Assembly: GCA_963796685.1 (NCBI GenBank) | Contig: CAWCMR010000010.1 | Span: 32,001-96,000, forward strand | Length of the DNA stretch: 64,000 nucleotides | From: an uncultured delta proteobacterium | GTDB lineage: Bacteria > Myxococcota_A > Polyangia > Fen-1088 | Reading direction: 5' to 3' | Part shown: one piece after another, positions 23,901 through 34,610 of the stretch | Position numbering within the stretch: position 1 is the first letter of the stretch | Layout of the letters: each line of letters opens with the position of its first letter | Position numbers and translations under genes: made by a program | Notes under the pieces: generated by a model | Database searches by the model: none | The model's input: the letters and a program-made list of their open reading frames with translations, nothing else | Told to the model about the DNA's origin: nothing

Positions 23901-25634
23901 TCAGAAAGTCAGGCTCGACGAGGTCATCAGGAAATGCTCGACGATGGGTCCCACCGCGAGCGACGGAAAGAAGGTCAGCGCCCCGACGATGATGACGGTG
24001 GCGGTGAGCAGAACGACGAAGGTAGGTCCCGTCACCGGGAAACTGCCGGCGTCGGCGGGCGTGGCCTTCTTCTGCACCAGCGCGCCGGCCAGAGCGAGAA
24101 CTGGAATTGCAGGAAAGACTCGACCAAAAAGGATCGAGAGCCCCTGGACGAGGTTCCACATGATGTTGCCATTGGTCGGCGTCATGGTGAGGCCAGCCAG
24201 CGCGGAGCCGTTGTTACCCACTCCCGATGCAAAGGCGTAGAGCATCTCGGAGAAGCCGCGCGGACCACCGTTGTTGAGGCCCGCGGTTGCCCAAGAGGCA
24301 ACGCTTGCCCAAGCAGTCCCGCCCAGCGTGAAGACGGAAACCACGAGCAGGGAGAGGGCCGCCAGCTTCACGTCACGTGCCTGGATCTTTTTGCCCAAGT
24401 ACTCGGGCGTGCGCCCCACCATGAGGCCCGCGATGAAGATGGCCACGAAGACGAAGACCAACATGCCGTAAAGACCGCTGCCCACGCCCCCGAAGATGAC
24501 CTCGCCCATGAGGATGTTCCCCAAAGTCACGAGAGCGCCGAGCGGTGTGAACGAATCGTGCATCGCATTCACGGCACCGCAACCGGTGGCGGTGGTCATG
24601 GACGCGAAGATCGAGGAATTGGCAATCCCGAAGCGGACCTCTTTGCCCTCCATGTTTCCGAACGAGGGATCCACGCCCAGCGCAAGCAGCCTCGGATTGC
24701 CGTGCGCCTCGGCCCACCAGCAGACCAGAATGCCGACCATCAGCATGCCGAACATGCTCGCCCACACTGCCCAACCATGGCGCTGGTTCTTGACCATGCG
24801 ACCGAGGTAGTACGTGAGCGCGCTGCAAATTGCGATGAAGAGAACGATTTGAACGAAGTTGGACAGTGGCGTGGGGTTCTCGAAGGGGTGGGCTGCATTC
24901 ACGTTCATGTAGCCGCCGCCGTTGGTGCCCAGCATCTTGATCGCCATCTGCGAGGCGATAGGGCCCTGCGCAATGGTTTGGGTTGCACCCTCCACGGTTT
25001 TGGCCGCCGTGTAGGGCAGGAAATTCTGGGGAATTCCCTGGAACATCATGAATACCGAGTAGATGAGGGCCGCTGGGATGAACAAGTAGAGAGTCTGTCG
25101 GATGAGGTCGCGCCAGAAATTGCCAACCGTCGAGCCGGACGAGCGCGCGATCCCTCGCACCAGGACGGCCGCGGTTGCAATACCGATAGCCGGGGAGGCG
25201 AAATTGTGGAACACCAAGGCCACCATCTGTGAGAGGTAGCTCATGGTGCTTTCGCCGCCGTAGCTTTGCCAGTTGGTGTTGGTGCTGAAGCTGACCGCGG
25301 TATTGAACGCAAGATCCGGCCTGACCGTGGCCATGTGTTGAGGATTGAGCGGCAAGATGTGTTGGATGCGCAAGAGAACGTAGGTGAAGATCGTCGTGAC
25401 TCCAGTGAAAATCACCATGGAGACGGCAAAGCCTTTCCAGGTCTGTTCGCGCTTGGGATCCACTCCGAGGGCTCGGTAGCACAGGCGCTCCACCGGCCCG
25501 AGCACCTTTGCCAGCCAGGGTTGCCCGCCCACCTCGGGGTCGAGAACCTTCACGAGGTAGACGCCGAGAGGCTTGGTGATGACAATGAAGCCAGCGACGA
25601 TGAGTGCGAGCTGAATCCAACCGGCGGTATTCAT
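23901..25634 (-). CDS. kdpA: K+-transporting ATPase subunit A
   Basis: [36 protein letters not shown]. Confidence 0.97.
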   Translation of the reverse strand: MNTAGWIQLALIVAGFIVITKPLGVYLVKVLDPEVGGQPWLAKVLGPVERLCYRALGVDPKREQTWKGFAVSMVIFTGVTTIFTYVLLRIQHILPLNPQHMATVRPDLAFNTAVSFSTNTNWQSYGGESTMSYLSQMVALVFHNFASPAIGIATAAVLVRGIARSSGSTVGNFWRDLIRQTLYLFIPAALIYSVFMMFQGIPQNFLPYTAAKTVEGATQTIAQGPIASQMAIKMLGTNGGGYMNVNAAHPFENPTPLSNFVQIVLFIAICSALTYYLGRMVKNQRHGWAVWASMFGMLMVGILVCWWAEAHGNPRLLALGVDPSFGNMEGKEVRFGIANSSIFASMTTATGCGAVNAMHDSFTPLGALVTLGNILMGEVIFGGVGSGLYGMLVFVFVAIFIAGLMVGRTPEYLGKKIQARDVKLAALSLLVVSVFTLGGTAWASVASWATAGLNNGGPRGFSEMLYAFASGVGNNGSALAGLTMTPTNGNIMWNLVQGLSILFGRVFPAIPVLALAGALVQKKATPADAGSFPVTGPTFVVLLTATVIIVGALTFFPSLAVGPIVEHFLMTSSSLTF

Positions 25635-25717
25635 TAGAAGCTCTCCGGGCGCAAGAGTGACCAGAACAGATAGACCACGAGTCCAGCCGAAACGAGAGTG
25701 ACCAGCACAGTTTCCAT
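25634..25717 (-). CDS. kdpF: K+-transporting ATPase subunit F (27 aa)
   Basis: METVLVTLVSAGLVVYLFWSLLRPESF; YL..SLLRPE.F motif; TAATG overlap with kdpA. Confidence 0.9.
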   Translation of the reverse strand: METVLVTLVSAGLVVYLFWSLLRPESF

Positions 25718-25719
25718 GA

Positions 25720-25803
25720 CTAGAGCCTTTCGCAGCCCGCGGTGTAGGCGAGCGCAATCGCGAAGAACGCTATGGTGACGGCGACGAAGAGAACATCCAA
25801 CAT
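25720..25803 (-). CDS. Small hydrophobic peptide upstream of kdpF (KdpZ-like, 27 aa)
   Basis: MLDVLFVAVTIAFFAIALAYTAGCERL with GGAGG RBS. Confidence 0.75.
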   Translation of the reverse strand: MLDVLFVAVTIAFFAIALAYTAGCERL

Positions 25804-25827
25804 TGGTTAGCCTCCGCCACCGTGGAG

Positions 25828-25843
25828 AGCACCTACCGTGCCA
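25828..25843 (-). promoter_or_regulatory. Sigma54 (-24/-12) promoter of the kdp operon
   Basis: TGGCACG-GTAG-GTGCT on the minus strand with correct GG-N10-GC spacing, about 25 nt before the first ATG. Confidence 0.75.
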
Positions 25844-25873
25844 TGTGGCTTTGCAAGGGCGCCAAGTCGTCTA

Positions 25874-26700
25874 TCAACACGAAAGGTTGCGCGATTCCAT
25901 GGCATCCGATTCCTCTGCGTACCCATGCGTTCGCAACAAGCTGGAAACACTCCGTTGTGGATTGCAGAGCTCTTTCTGGCGGCCAATTGCATCTTGCAAC
26001 CTGACTGCTGTCAGCCCTCGCAGTCGGACGGTCCCTTCCCGCCGTCCTCCCGCGCGTACAGCTCGACGTTTGCGCCACAGCGTGGTGCCGGAGATTCCAA
26101 GAATGGCAGCGACGTCTTTGCGATCCCTCACGCGAGCCGTAATGCTCAGGATGTGCTCCTTTTCCAAGGCATGCAGCGTGACGTTGTTGCCCACGCGTGG
26201 ACGCCGAAAGACGTGGGCGGTGTGGATGGGTGCGAACGCCTCGGGCTCCAAGACTTCCGCCGGCCAGATTAGGAGAGCGTGCTCAACGAGATTCTCGAGC
26301 TCGCGAAGGTTGCCCGGCCACGTGTGCTGCAAGAGCACGGCTTCTGCGTCTTGCGAGAGCGTCGGTACCCTGCGACCGAGATTGGCGCTGTACGAGTCGA
26401 GCAGTGCTCGCACCAAAGGCAAGATGTCTTCGCGTCTCTCTCGCAAGGGTGGAACGCGAATGTCGACGACATTCAATCGGTAGAACAGGTCGTTGCCAAA
26501 GCTCCCCTTCTCCACCTCACTGATGAGGTCGTGTTTGGTGGCCGAGATGATGCGGGTCGGGGGTGTGGCAGAGAAGGCCGCAGAAGATTCCAAAAGGTGA
26601 GCAAGCCGAGCCTGAAGCTTGGGTGCAAGCTTCGCCACCTCGTCAAGAAAGAGAGTCCCGCCGCGCCGACGCTTCGGTGCCGAACGATTGTCACGGCGGT
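25874..26700 (-). pseudogene. 5'-truncated sigma54 enhancer-binding protein (C-terminal AAA+ half plus Fis HTH)
   Basis: GGTLFLDEV, RIISAT, DLFYRLNV, VPPLRERREDI, WPGNLREL, AAILGISGTTLWRK; Walker A, GAFTGA and receiver domain are absent and homology ends near the direct repeat. Confidence 0.75.
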
Positions 26701-26744
26701 CCCGTTCACATCCTGGGAGCGAAGCTCCACGCCGAGTTCTAGTC
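26701..26744 (+). repeat. 44-bp direct repeat, copy 2 (orphan porin 3' end)
   Basis: cccgttcacatcctgggagcgaagCtccacgccgagttctagtc, encoding PVHILGAKLHAEF*. Confidence 0.95.
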
Positions 26745-26753
26745 CGGCTCGCT

Positions 26754-28142
26754 CTACCAGCCGAGGCGTGTCTTGAGCTCGGCGGTGACCAGCTCGCTCA
26801 TCTTCGCGTGGGTCTTCGCGCTGGGGTGCCAGTCGCAGCCATAGCCATCCGAGGACTGCTGCACCGGGAACTCGAGGAACGACATCTTGGTATCGCCCTC
26901 GCTGCTACGCGTGTCGATCACGTTTTGGATGTGACCCTTGATGGCGGTCAGGTTGGCGCCGTCGAGCATGGGGCCGATGGTCAGAACGAAGTAGGTGTCC
27001 GGGTATTTCTGCCGCAGGGTGCGGACGAAGCTCAGGTAGGCGGTCTCGTAGGGGGTGCCAGGATCGCCGTTGGTGGACGCGTCGTTGGTGCCCAAGTTGA
27101 CGATCACCGCGTGCGGCTGCCAGGACGAGAAATCCCAGACGCTTCCGGACTGCGACGCCAGGGTGCGCGCGTACACGGAAGGCATGGCATCGGACGAGGC
27201 GCCAGAGACATTGTAGTTCCGGTACATGCCGATCCCCGACCAGGCAATGGTGTGCAGGTCGGCGCCGAGGTCGCGCGCGGCGAGCGCGCCGTAGGTGAGG
27301 TAGTGGTTCTCCGTATCCGGAGACCAGGAACAGTTCTGGTCGGGACCATCCAAGCCATATCCCGCGGTAATCGAGTCACCATAGATCTCGATGCGACGGT
27401 CGGGCGCCGCGGGAGGCGCTTGCAGTTGCCCGCCGACGACGTCGAGCCCGAGGAAGCGATTTTCGCCCTGGTCGCCTTCGGTTCGCTTCCAGACGACCAC
27501 GTCGTGAACGCCGGCGGAAAGTCCGGTTGCCAGCGCGTACTGCGTGGCGCCGCTCACGACCTTGAGAACCGACGACGACACGGTACCGTCCACCACCACC
27601 GCGAACTGGTTCGGGCTGCCATCGATGCGCAGGGTTGCGCCGGTGCCCTGGAAGCGCGCGATCATCGCGCTGCCGGACCAACCGAACGAGGGCCGCGTGG
27701 CATCGGTCATGTCAAAGCGGCCCTGCAGGCGCGTCGAGGCTTCGCCGCCGCCGCTATCCTTGCTGCCATCCGGGGAGGCATCGCCGCCGCCGTCACGCAA
27801 GCCGGAAGAGCCTCCCGTGCTCGACACTGCGCCCGCATCCGACGCGCCGCCCGCGCTGGTGGTGCCGCCCGCGTTGGTAGTGCCGCCCGTGTTGGTGGTG
27901 CCACCCGCGCTGGTGGTGCCGCCCGTCCCCGACGCACTACCGCTGCCGGCTTTCCCACCGTTGCTCGACGCGCCACCGATCCCCGACGCACCGCCGTTGC
28001 CGAACATACCGCCGCTCCCACCCTTGGAAGCACCGCCGCTTCCGTCGGAACCATCGTCGCTGCTGCCACAGCCGAAGGCGGGGAAGACGCCCAATACGCC
28101 GGTTAGGCCGAGGCACAGCTTGGCCAGCGATGAATGTTTCAT
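26754..28142 (-). CDS. SGNH/GDSL carbohydrate esterase (CE2-like) lipoprotein with Gly/Ser/Thr linker
   Basis: Lipobox AFGC; GDSITAGYG, NLGTND, CDWHP; GGTTxx linker repeats. Confidence 0.88.
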   Translation of the reverse strand: MKHSSLAKLCLGLTGVLGVFPAFGCGSSDDGSDGSGGASKGGSGGMFGNGGASGIGGASSNGGKAGSGSASGTGGTTSAGGTTNTGGTTNAGGTTSAGGASDAGAVSSTGGSSGLRDGGGDASPDGSKDSGGGEASTRLQGRFDMTDATRPSFGWSGSAMIARFQGTGATLRIDGSPNQFAVVVDGTVSSSVLKVVSGATQYALATGLSAGVHDVVVWKRTEGDQGENRFLGLDVVGGQLQAPPAAPDRRIEIYGDSITAGYGLDGPDQNCSWSPDTENHYLTYGALAARDLGADLHTIAWSGIGMYRNYNVSGASSDAMPSVYARTLASQSGSVWDFSSWQPHAVIVNLGTNDASTNGDPGTPYETAYLSFVRTLRQKYPDTYFVLTIGPMLDGANLTAIKGHIQNVIDTRSSEGDTKMSFLEFPVQQSSDGYGCDWHPSAKTHAKMSELVTAELKTRLGW

Positions 28143-28245
28143 GGTCGAGCTCCTGGTTTCGGTAGCCAGACAGTATCGCGATGATGATCGAAAAAGGGAA
28201 GCAGGTCGTATGCGTGGACGTCACCGTGGGTGCGCAGTCGCGCCG

Positions 28246-29358
28246 TCACCCCCCGGTCTTGTCGTCCCCGAGAAAGAGATTCTGGATCTCGCCGAGCAGG
28301 GCAATCACCTCGTCGGCGACCGTATCCAGGGCACCGGGCAAAAGCCCCACGCACTCGCGCACCTCGGGGCTGATGCGCGAGAGACGGTGCTCGCCGTTCG
28401 AGCCGAGATCGAGCGCTTGAACCAGGAGATCCGCCAGGTGAACGATCGCCGTGGCTGGCGTGTGGCCGCGCGATCCGGCCGAGTGGTGGTTGGCCGTGGC
28501 ATCGCGGTAGAAGGGTGGCAAGGTCCACGAGGTCATCAGCGCGGCGCCGACCGCTGCATGGTCGCAGCCGAACACCGCGCGCTCGGTCTCGTCGAGCGGC
28601 TTGTCGCTCTCGCGATGCCGCTCCAGTGCCAGTTGCGATCGCTCGGGTAGCAGTTGGTACATCGCCAGGCTGCCGATGTCGTGGAGCAGCCCGGCCACGA
28701 AGAAGCGCTCGACGTTGCTCTCGCGGCGCAGACGCGCGATGGAGCGCGCGGCCACGCTGCTGGCCAGGCTGTGCCGCCAGAACGATTTCATGCCCACCAG
28801 GTGCGAGTCGATGCCCTTGAATTGGGACAGGACCACCGTGGCCAAGACGAGATCGTGAAGCTGTCGCGTGCCGATGATGCGAACGGCATCTTCGATGCTC
28901 TCCACGCGGCGGGAGAATCCGTAAAAGGCGCTGTTGGCGATGCGGAGCAGGCGTGCGCACAGGGCCTGGTCGTAGCTCAAGATGGTGCCGATGCGGGACG
29001 TCGAGCTCGTGGGATGGTTGATGGCCTTGTCGACCTGGAAGTAGATGTTGGGCAGCGAGGCCAGGGTGCCCACGCGCGCGACGATGGTTTCCGGACTGAT
29101 GGGCGGTCCCAGCGGATTGCGCTGGGGAAGCGGCTTTGCTGTCTGCGCGGACACCGGCGTGGGCTGGGCCGTTCCGGTCCGGGGTGCGAGACGTCTCCCG
29201 ATGGCCACGAGCTCGCTGTGCGTGGGATTGGCAGGGTCTTCGGCGCCGAAGAAGCGTTGGAATTCGGTGGAGGAAGCCTGAGGGGTCTGGCTCTCCATCG
29301 CGGATCCAGATTCCCTGGCCGGTTCCGGCGCTGCCACCTGAAGACTGGATACAGACAT
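28246..29358 (-). CDS. HDOD domain protein
   Basis: LASLP, DQALCARLLRIANSAFYG, FWRHSL, AGLLHDIG, DHAAVGA...W. Confidence 0.9.
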   Translation of the reverse strand: MSVSSLQVAAPEPARESGSAMESQTPQASSTEFQRFFGAEDPANPTHSELVAIGRRLAPRTGTAQPTPVSAQTAKPLPQRNPLGPPISPETIVARVGTLASLPNIYFQVDKAINHPTSSTSRIGTILSYDQALCARLLRIANSAFYGFSRRVESIEDAVRIIGTRQLHDLVLATVVLSQFKGIDSHLVGMKSFWRHSLASSVAARSIARLRRESNVERFFVAGLLHDIGSLAMYQLLPERSQLALERHRESDKPLDETERAVFGCDHAAVGAALMTSWTLPPFYRDATANHHSAGSRGHTPATAIVHLADLLVQALDLGSNGEHRLSRISPEVRECVGLLPGALDTVADEVIALLGEIQNLFLGDDKTGG

Positions 29359-29455
29359 GACGACTCCCCCACTCTCCTTATCGGTGGGACTGCCAAAAGC
29401 TTGACGCCGGCACGGACGGTGACACTTTCCACAGCCCTGCCTGTGGCGGTCGACT

Positions 29456-29815
29456 TCATTGGCGACAGGCGGACACGTCCCCGGTGCAGTCCGAGCAGGC
29501 GTATTCCTCGTTCATGCAGACGGCCACCGGGTTGGCCGAGACGGCGCCGCTCGGCTCGCAGCTGTAGGTGACCTTGCGGTCCACGCAGGCGCTCATGGCG
29601 TTCATCTGCGACAGGCAGTCCGGGTAGTCCACGCGATAGGCCACGCAGGCGGACTTGCAGCTGCTCGCAAAATCGGCTGAGGTCATGGAACAGCCGGCCC
29701 CGGCCTCCCTGTCGCAGTTGGATTGGCAGGTCCTCACGCTGCCCGGAGGGTCGGGCCCGCTGAAGCAGCTCGCGGACATGAACAAGAGGGCGGAGACCAG
29801 GAGTGTTATTCCCAC
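29456..29815 (-). CDS. Small Cys-rich lipoprotein
   Basis: Hydrophobic leader plus SASC; many Cys; start uncertain. Confidence 0.6.
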   Translation of the reverse strand: MGITLLVSALLFMSASCFSGPDPPGSVRTCQSNCDREAGAGCSMTSADFASSCKSACVAYRVDYPDCLSQMNAMSACVDRKVTYSCEPSGAVSANPVAVCMNEEYACSDCTGDVSACRQ

Positions 29816-29880
29816 GACGTGTGGGTGGGCGCGGAAACCGGGGTCGAGCACGGCAGCTCGCACGGAGGCAGCCCCCGGCT

Positions 29881-30369
29881 TCAGCGTCGCGCCGGGATCG
29901 GAAGCACGATATTGCCGCATCTCACCCGGGTCGGCCGCTGGTCCTTGGGATAGGTATAGATCAACTGTCGCGTGCGTTCCTGCCCCGGCGCAATGGCTTC
30001 GGATCGGTCGGCGGCCTCGTTCACTTCCGCATTCACGTCCGCATGCCGATCGACCACCAGGGGTTGGCGAGCCTCGCCGTTCCACTCGAGAACGCACGTA
30101 TCGTACGAAAACGTCTGTTCCTCGCTGCTTTCGTTCTTGACGGTTACGAGCGCCCAAATGAGGGTTTCGTCCGTCCCGGCGGTCACGTTGACCCCCCCTT
30201 GCCCTATGTACTCGTCGGGACCCGACTTGACCTCGCCGAGAGTAATGGCCCAGCCGTCCGCATGCTTGGACACAGGGGTGTTCATCAGCAGGGCCGAGGA
30301 ACACGCAGAGAGCCCGCCAAGGCACATGCCGAGCAAAACCATCGTACCGACGAAACGCGTGGATTTCAT
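29881..30369 (-). CDS. Hypothetical lipoprotein (Ig-like, DUF4352-like)
   Basis: GGAGG RBS; lipobox LSAC; VTVKN...IAPGQ. Confidence 0.7.
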   Translation of the reverse strand: MKSTRFVGTMVLLGMCLGGLSACSSALLMNTPVSKHADGWAITLGEVKSGPDEYIGQGGVNVTAGTDETLIWALVTVKNESSEEQTFSYDTCVLEWNGEARQPLVVDRHADVNAEVNEAADRSEAIAPGQERTRQLIYTYPKDQRPTRVRCGNIVLPIPARR

Positions 30370-30851
30370 TTGTATTCCTCCTGGTTTCCGAAACGGCCGT
30401 TCACCTGAATCTTGTAGGCCAACGGTCGCTCAAAGACAAGCGGGAGGCGAGCATCCGCACAGAAAATTCCGAACGCCCTTCTTACATCGTCGCATCGCAT
30501 GCCGGCAAAACCGGGGTGGTGCTCAGTCGAATCCGTCCTTCGAGAAATAGAAGAAGCCTCGACCCCAGGGTCACGAGGTTCTCGTCCATCGCAATCAGTC
30601 TCGGTCGAATCCTTCCGCTCTCCAGCGCATCCAGGTACGCATCGACTTGCTGCCGCGGTAGCTTGTCCACCAGCTCACCGTGAAGGAAGAAGTAGTAGAA
30701 CGCATGCGGACGAAACACCCCCGTCCCTTCCCTCTACAGGAACGCACCCGGGCGCAAATAGTGCTCGCGGGACGAACGGATTTGCGTTCCAATAGACGTG
30801 TCCAGGAGGGGGGAGAGTGGCGAGGCGATTCTTTGCAAGGAGCAGCGAATA

Positions 30852-32429
30852 ATGAAGAACCTACGATTTGGTTTGGTGGGACTGCTTGGGACCGCGGGCT
30901 TGTTCCTCGTTGCATGCGATGCCGGCTCGGGCGGGGCGTCTGCTACGGGTGGAGCCATCGCCACCGGCGGGGTCGTCGGCACGGGCGGGCTGGTCGGCGG
31001 CGGCGGCACGACCGCAACCGGGGGCACGGGCACCGCGCCCTCGCCGAGGCCGATCGATTCCACGGAGGCCACGGCCGTCGTGAACCAACGGGTGGATGAG
31101 CTGCTCGTGGGCCTCGCCGACTCCACCGCACAGATCGACACCAGCAACAGCACCACCGTGGTGACACAGGGTGTAAACTCCGGTCTTGGCAGCTCCTCGG
31201 CCTGCCCCACGAGCGCCGATGGGAGCTCTTCGGGTACGGTCGACACCAAGGGGCTCGACGATTTCCTCAACCGAGTCGCCAAGGAAGCCAAGGACCACGT
31301 GTTTCGCGAGGAATTCGTGGAGCTCAAGGACGGCAACCAGGTCGTCTACAAGATCGATCCCGCTTCGACCTGCGGCACGAACACCTCGTGCACCGACAAG
31401 CTGACCGTCAATCCGGTGAGATTCCTGGTCACCGCGAGCTCCGACGATACGCTCAACATTTCGCTGCTCGTCGGCGACGCACGACACACCCCCGCCACCG
31501 CCGTGCTCGGCCCGGAGAAGGTCTCGGCTCGCGTCGATTTGGCCGAGGCCATGGCCGCGGTTCGGCTGTACATGACGGCGGAGGACCAGAAGAATCTCCC
31601 CGACCACCTCAACGGCGTCATCGATGCTGGGCTCGAGAAGCGTGCGGACTACGACTTCGCCATCTCGGCCTCCGTCATCGAGAAGTTCGATTTGCTGGTC
31701 GGGCAGGCCAAGGGCAAGCCCGTCGCGGTGACCGTGCTGCCGTCGACCCCCACCACGCTGCTCACCCTGAATTCCGTCACCAATACCGTCGGCTACTCGG
31801 CCAATCTCGGTGCGGTCGACGTTCAGGTATCCGGCGCCGCCGTCTGCGACGACACCTGCGGCACCAAGGAGCAAGCAGGAACCTTCTCGGGGCACCTGGG
31901 AGGATTCACCGGGCAATTCAGCACCAGAAAGGGTGCGACGGAGCTCACCTTCTCGGGCCTGGGGCTGGGGAACGACACCTCCCAGGTTGCCCTCAACGGC
32001 GATCCCTTGGGAACCCTGGACGTCAATGCCAACAACGGGCGCCAGCTCAGCGTGAACTTCAAGAAGACCACCGCGGGCACCTTGGTCACCTTCGATCCGG
32101 CGCTGGATATCAAGCTTGCCATGATGCTGAATAAGCTGTCGGAGTCGCTGCGCGTGGACATGCCGGCTTGGCTCGAAAGCGAGATTTTCGACGTGATGCT
32201 GGGCGGTGCTGCCAAGCCCTCGGTGCTCGTGCCCGCTCCCACCTGCGATGCCTACGGCGACGTGACGTCCAAGGGCGAGATCGATGTAGTGACCGGCAAC
32301 TTGACCCTGAGCGAGAGCTCCCTGCCGGGCCCGGTGAGCGTGGCTGCGGGTCTGTGCCTGCTGCCGGTGGACGGCGTGGACAGTCAGGCCGGCCCGTTCA
32401 GCCGCGTGCGCGCCGGCACCTGCCAGTAG
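30852..32429 (+). CDS. Hypothetical lipoprotein with Gly-rich linker
   Basis: AAGGAG RBS; MKNLRF...LVAC lipobox; long ORF with host-like codon use. Confidence 0.8.
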   Translation: MKNLRFGLVGLLGTAGLFLVACDAGSGGASATGGAIATGGVVGTGGLVGGGGTTATGGTGTAPSPRPIDSTEATAVVNQRVDELLVGLADSTAQIDTSNSTTVVTQGVNSGLGSSSACPTSADGSSSGTVDTKGLDDFLNRVAKEAKDHVFREEFVELKDGNQVVYKIDPASTCGTNTSCTDKLTVNPVRFLVTASSDDTLNISLLVGDARHTPATAVLGPEKVSARVDLAEAMAAVRLYMTAEDQKNLPDHLNGVIDAGLEKRADYDFAISASVIEKFDLLVGQAKGKPVAVTVLPSTPTTLLTLNSVTNTVGYSANLGAVDVQVSGAAVCDDTCGTKEQAGTFSGHLGGFTGQFSTRKGATELTFSGLGLGNDTSQVALNGDPLGTLDVNANNGRQLSVNFKKTTAGTLVTFDPALDIKLAMMLNKLSESLRVDMPAWLESEIFDVMLGGAAKPSVLVPAPTCDAYGDVTSKGEIDVVTGNLTLSESSLPGPVSVAAGLCLLPVDGVDSQAGPFSRVRAGTCQ

Positions 32430-32467
32430 CGTTCAGCGGCCGGCCGGGTGTTCGTCGTTACGAGTCG

Positions 32468-32917
32468 TTACGCCACTCGGGACAGGTGTGCTTCGATGGT
32501 CGCTTTGGGCACGGCGCCCCGGATCTCGTCGAGCAACAACGGGCCGCGGAAGATCATCAACATGGGAATGGCGCTGACCTGAAAGCGCGTCGCCGTCTGA
32601 GGGTTCTCGTCGACGTTCAGCTTGGCCACCTTGATGCGGCCGGCACGCTCGGCGGCGATCTGTTCGAGCAGAGGCGCGACAGTTCGACAAGGGGCGCACC
32701 AGGGGGCCCAGAAGTCGACCAACACGGGGATGGGACAGTTCTCGACCTCCTGGCCCCAATTGCCGTCGGTCACCGTCACGGGGCTTTGCGGGAAGACTCT
32801 CGACTTGCAGGCTCCGCACGTCGGGTTGTCGAGGAGGCGCTCGCGCAGGATGCGGTTGGTGCGCCCGCAGTGGGCGCATGGGTACTGGATAGCGCTGTTT
32901 TCGGTTGCGTCCGTCAT
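32468..32917 (-). CDS. trxC: Thioredoxin 2 with N-terminal zinc finger
   Basis: CAHCGRTNR...CGACK; DFWAPWCAPCR; IP motif. Confidence 0.92.
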   Translation of the reverse strand: MTDATENSAIQYPCAHCGRTNRILRERLLDNPTCGACKSRVFPQSPVTVTDGNWGQEVENCPIPVLVDFWAPWCAPCRTVAPLLEQIAAERAGRIKVAKLNVDENPQTATRFQVSAIPMLMIFRGPLLLDEIRGAVPKATIEAHLSRVA

Positions 32918-32955
32918 GGTCGAAACTATGTATCGAAACCGGTCGTTGGCAACAT

Positions 32956-34383
32956 TCAGCGCGTGTAGCTCGGCAGCTCGACCACGTAGCTGTCGACGTT
33001 GTTGCCGTTGCCCCAGTCGCTGGCGAACAGGGCGCGCGTGCCGCTGGGGGATGGGACGGTGTGGGGCTCGGCCCAGTAGCTGTCGAGCGTGGTGAGCGTC
33101 GTGTTGGTCTTGCCCCAGCTCCGGTGGCGTCCGATACGGCATACGGCCCCGGTATTGGTGTTGGCGACCAGGTTCTCGAGATCGAGCAGCCCTGGCGTCG
33201 GCGGTGTGCCCGTGCCATCGAAGCCACCCACCCAGATGGTCGAGACGAACACCCAGCCCGGCTGCCGGTAAGCCATGGCCGAGACGTGACCGTCCGGCGG
33301 ATAGGGATAGCCGGTCTTGGGTCCGATGACGGCGCCGCCGGCACCGGTGGCAAGATCCCAGGTCACCAAGATGCCCACGTTGCTCTTGGCATCGTCGTTG
33401 CCGTCGTCGTAGACGGCGCCGTTCCAGGTGTCGTCGCCATTGCCGAGCTGGCCGAGTGAGGCGTGATTGTCGGGCGCCTGCAGAGTCAAGGATCGGATCA
33501 GCTGCAGGCCGGGCACGCTGAAGATCTGTCCCGTGCCAGCCTCGAGGTAGGCCAGGGTTCCGCTCGGCGCGACCTGGGCGGGTGGGGTCCCGCTGGTCGC
33601 GATCGGCCCCATCACCGTATCGGTCGAGCTGTCGTAGACGAACATCTTCTGGCCGCAGACCAGACCGAGGCGATGCGAATCCCAGGAGGTGAACATCGGA
33701 TCGCCGCCGTTGCTGGGCGCGCTGGAGCCACACAGACCGGAAAAGTCGTGCAGCTTGTCTTTCGTGCCCGTGCCGACGTGGTACCGAAGGAAGGTCTGTC
33801 CGTCGACGTAGTAGAGGATGTCCGGGTCCGAGGTGTCCCAGTAGACCTGCTCGAGGTCGGGCGGATTGATTTCGAGCGCCCGCATGGGTTGGTAGCTCTT
33901 GCCGTCGTAGAGCTGATGGCCCGCGCCGATCTGGTACAGGATCAAGAGCGATTCGTCCGCGTTCCACGCCGAGACGGTCGAGTACATGGGGACGACGGCC
34001 TGGTTGGCGCCAGCAACCGCGGTGATGCGGCGAATGGTGGTGCCGAACTGCGGGTCGACCACGGTGGCGCCCAACGCCGGCTTGGTCAACGCTGTCATCG
34101 GATGCGGCTCCTTGTCGGTCACCAGGCCAGCGCACAGGTCGACGTTCAACGTCGTGTAATGGCCACGCGCTCCACCGCTCCCGATGGAGCCGCCGGTCTG
34201 GGTGCCGCCGCCCGTCGACGCACCTCCCGTTGCGATCACCCCGCCCGTTCCACTGCTACCTCCGGCTGCTCCCTGCGCGCCGGCACCGCCCGCTCCCGAC
34301 GAAGTCTTCGTTCCTCCGCACGCCGCCGCCAGTGCCAGTGGCCCAATCAGACCAATCCATGCGAGCCGCACCATGCGGACCAT
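32956..34383 (-). CDS. Lipoprotein with probable beta-propeller domain
   Basis: Lipobox AAAC, Gly linker, DPQFGTTIRRIT, AWNADES, PSPSGTRALFASDW. Confidence 0.75.
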   Translation of the reverse strand: MVRMVRLAWIGLIGPLALAAACGGTKTSSGAGGAGAQGAAGGSSGTGGVIATGGASTGGGTQTGGSIGSGGARGHYTTLNVDLCAGLVTDKEPHPMTALTKPALGATVVDPQFGTTIRRITAVAGANQAVVPMYSTVSAWNADESLLILYQIGAGHQLYDGKSYQPMRALEINPPDLEQVYWDTSDPDILYYVDGQTFLRYHVGTGTKDKLHDFSGLCGSSAPSNGGDPMFTSWDSHRLGLVCGQKMFVYDSSTDTVMGPIATSGTPPAQVAPSGTLAYLEAGTGQIFSVPGLQLIRSLTLQAPDNHASLGQLGNGDDTWNGAVYDDGNDDAKSNVGILVTWDLATGAGGAVIGPKTGYPYPPDGHVSAMAYRQPGWVFVSTIWVGGFDGTGTPPTPGLLDLENLVANTNTGAVCRIGRHRSWGKTNTTLTTLDSYWAEPHTVPSPSGTRALFASDWGNGNNVDSYVVELPSYTR

Positions 34384-34610
34384 GGTACCACCAGACGGAG
34401 GCACGCAACGGGTTCGCGCAGGCGACATGTGGCGATGCGAGTCCTTGCGAAGCCAAGGTGTATGGCGGCAACTCCGGCACCGGCGTCATGTGCGCGTACG
34501 TTGTCCTGGCGAGAACCACAGGGACCCTTTACTCGGTGAGCGGCTCGAGTGAGCGGGGTTCGGGCAACGTGCAGGCGCGTCGTGCATCCAAAGGCCCACG
34601 GAGGTGCGTC

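Noticed and set aside
27850-27925. 18-bp tandem repeats in the esterase gene
   Set aside because: They encode an ordinary GGTTxx flexible linker typical of these lipoproteins.
30482-30718. 78-aa minus-strand ORF
   Set aside because: No RBS or recognisable motif; possibly a gene remnant, and not supportable as a CDS.
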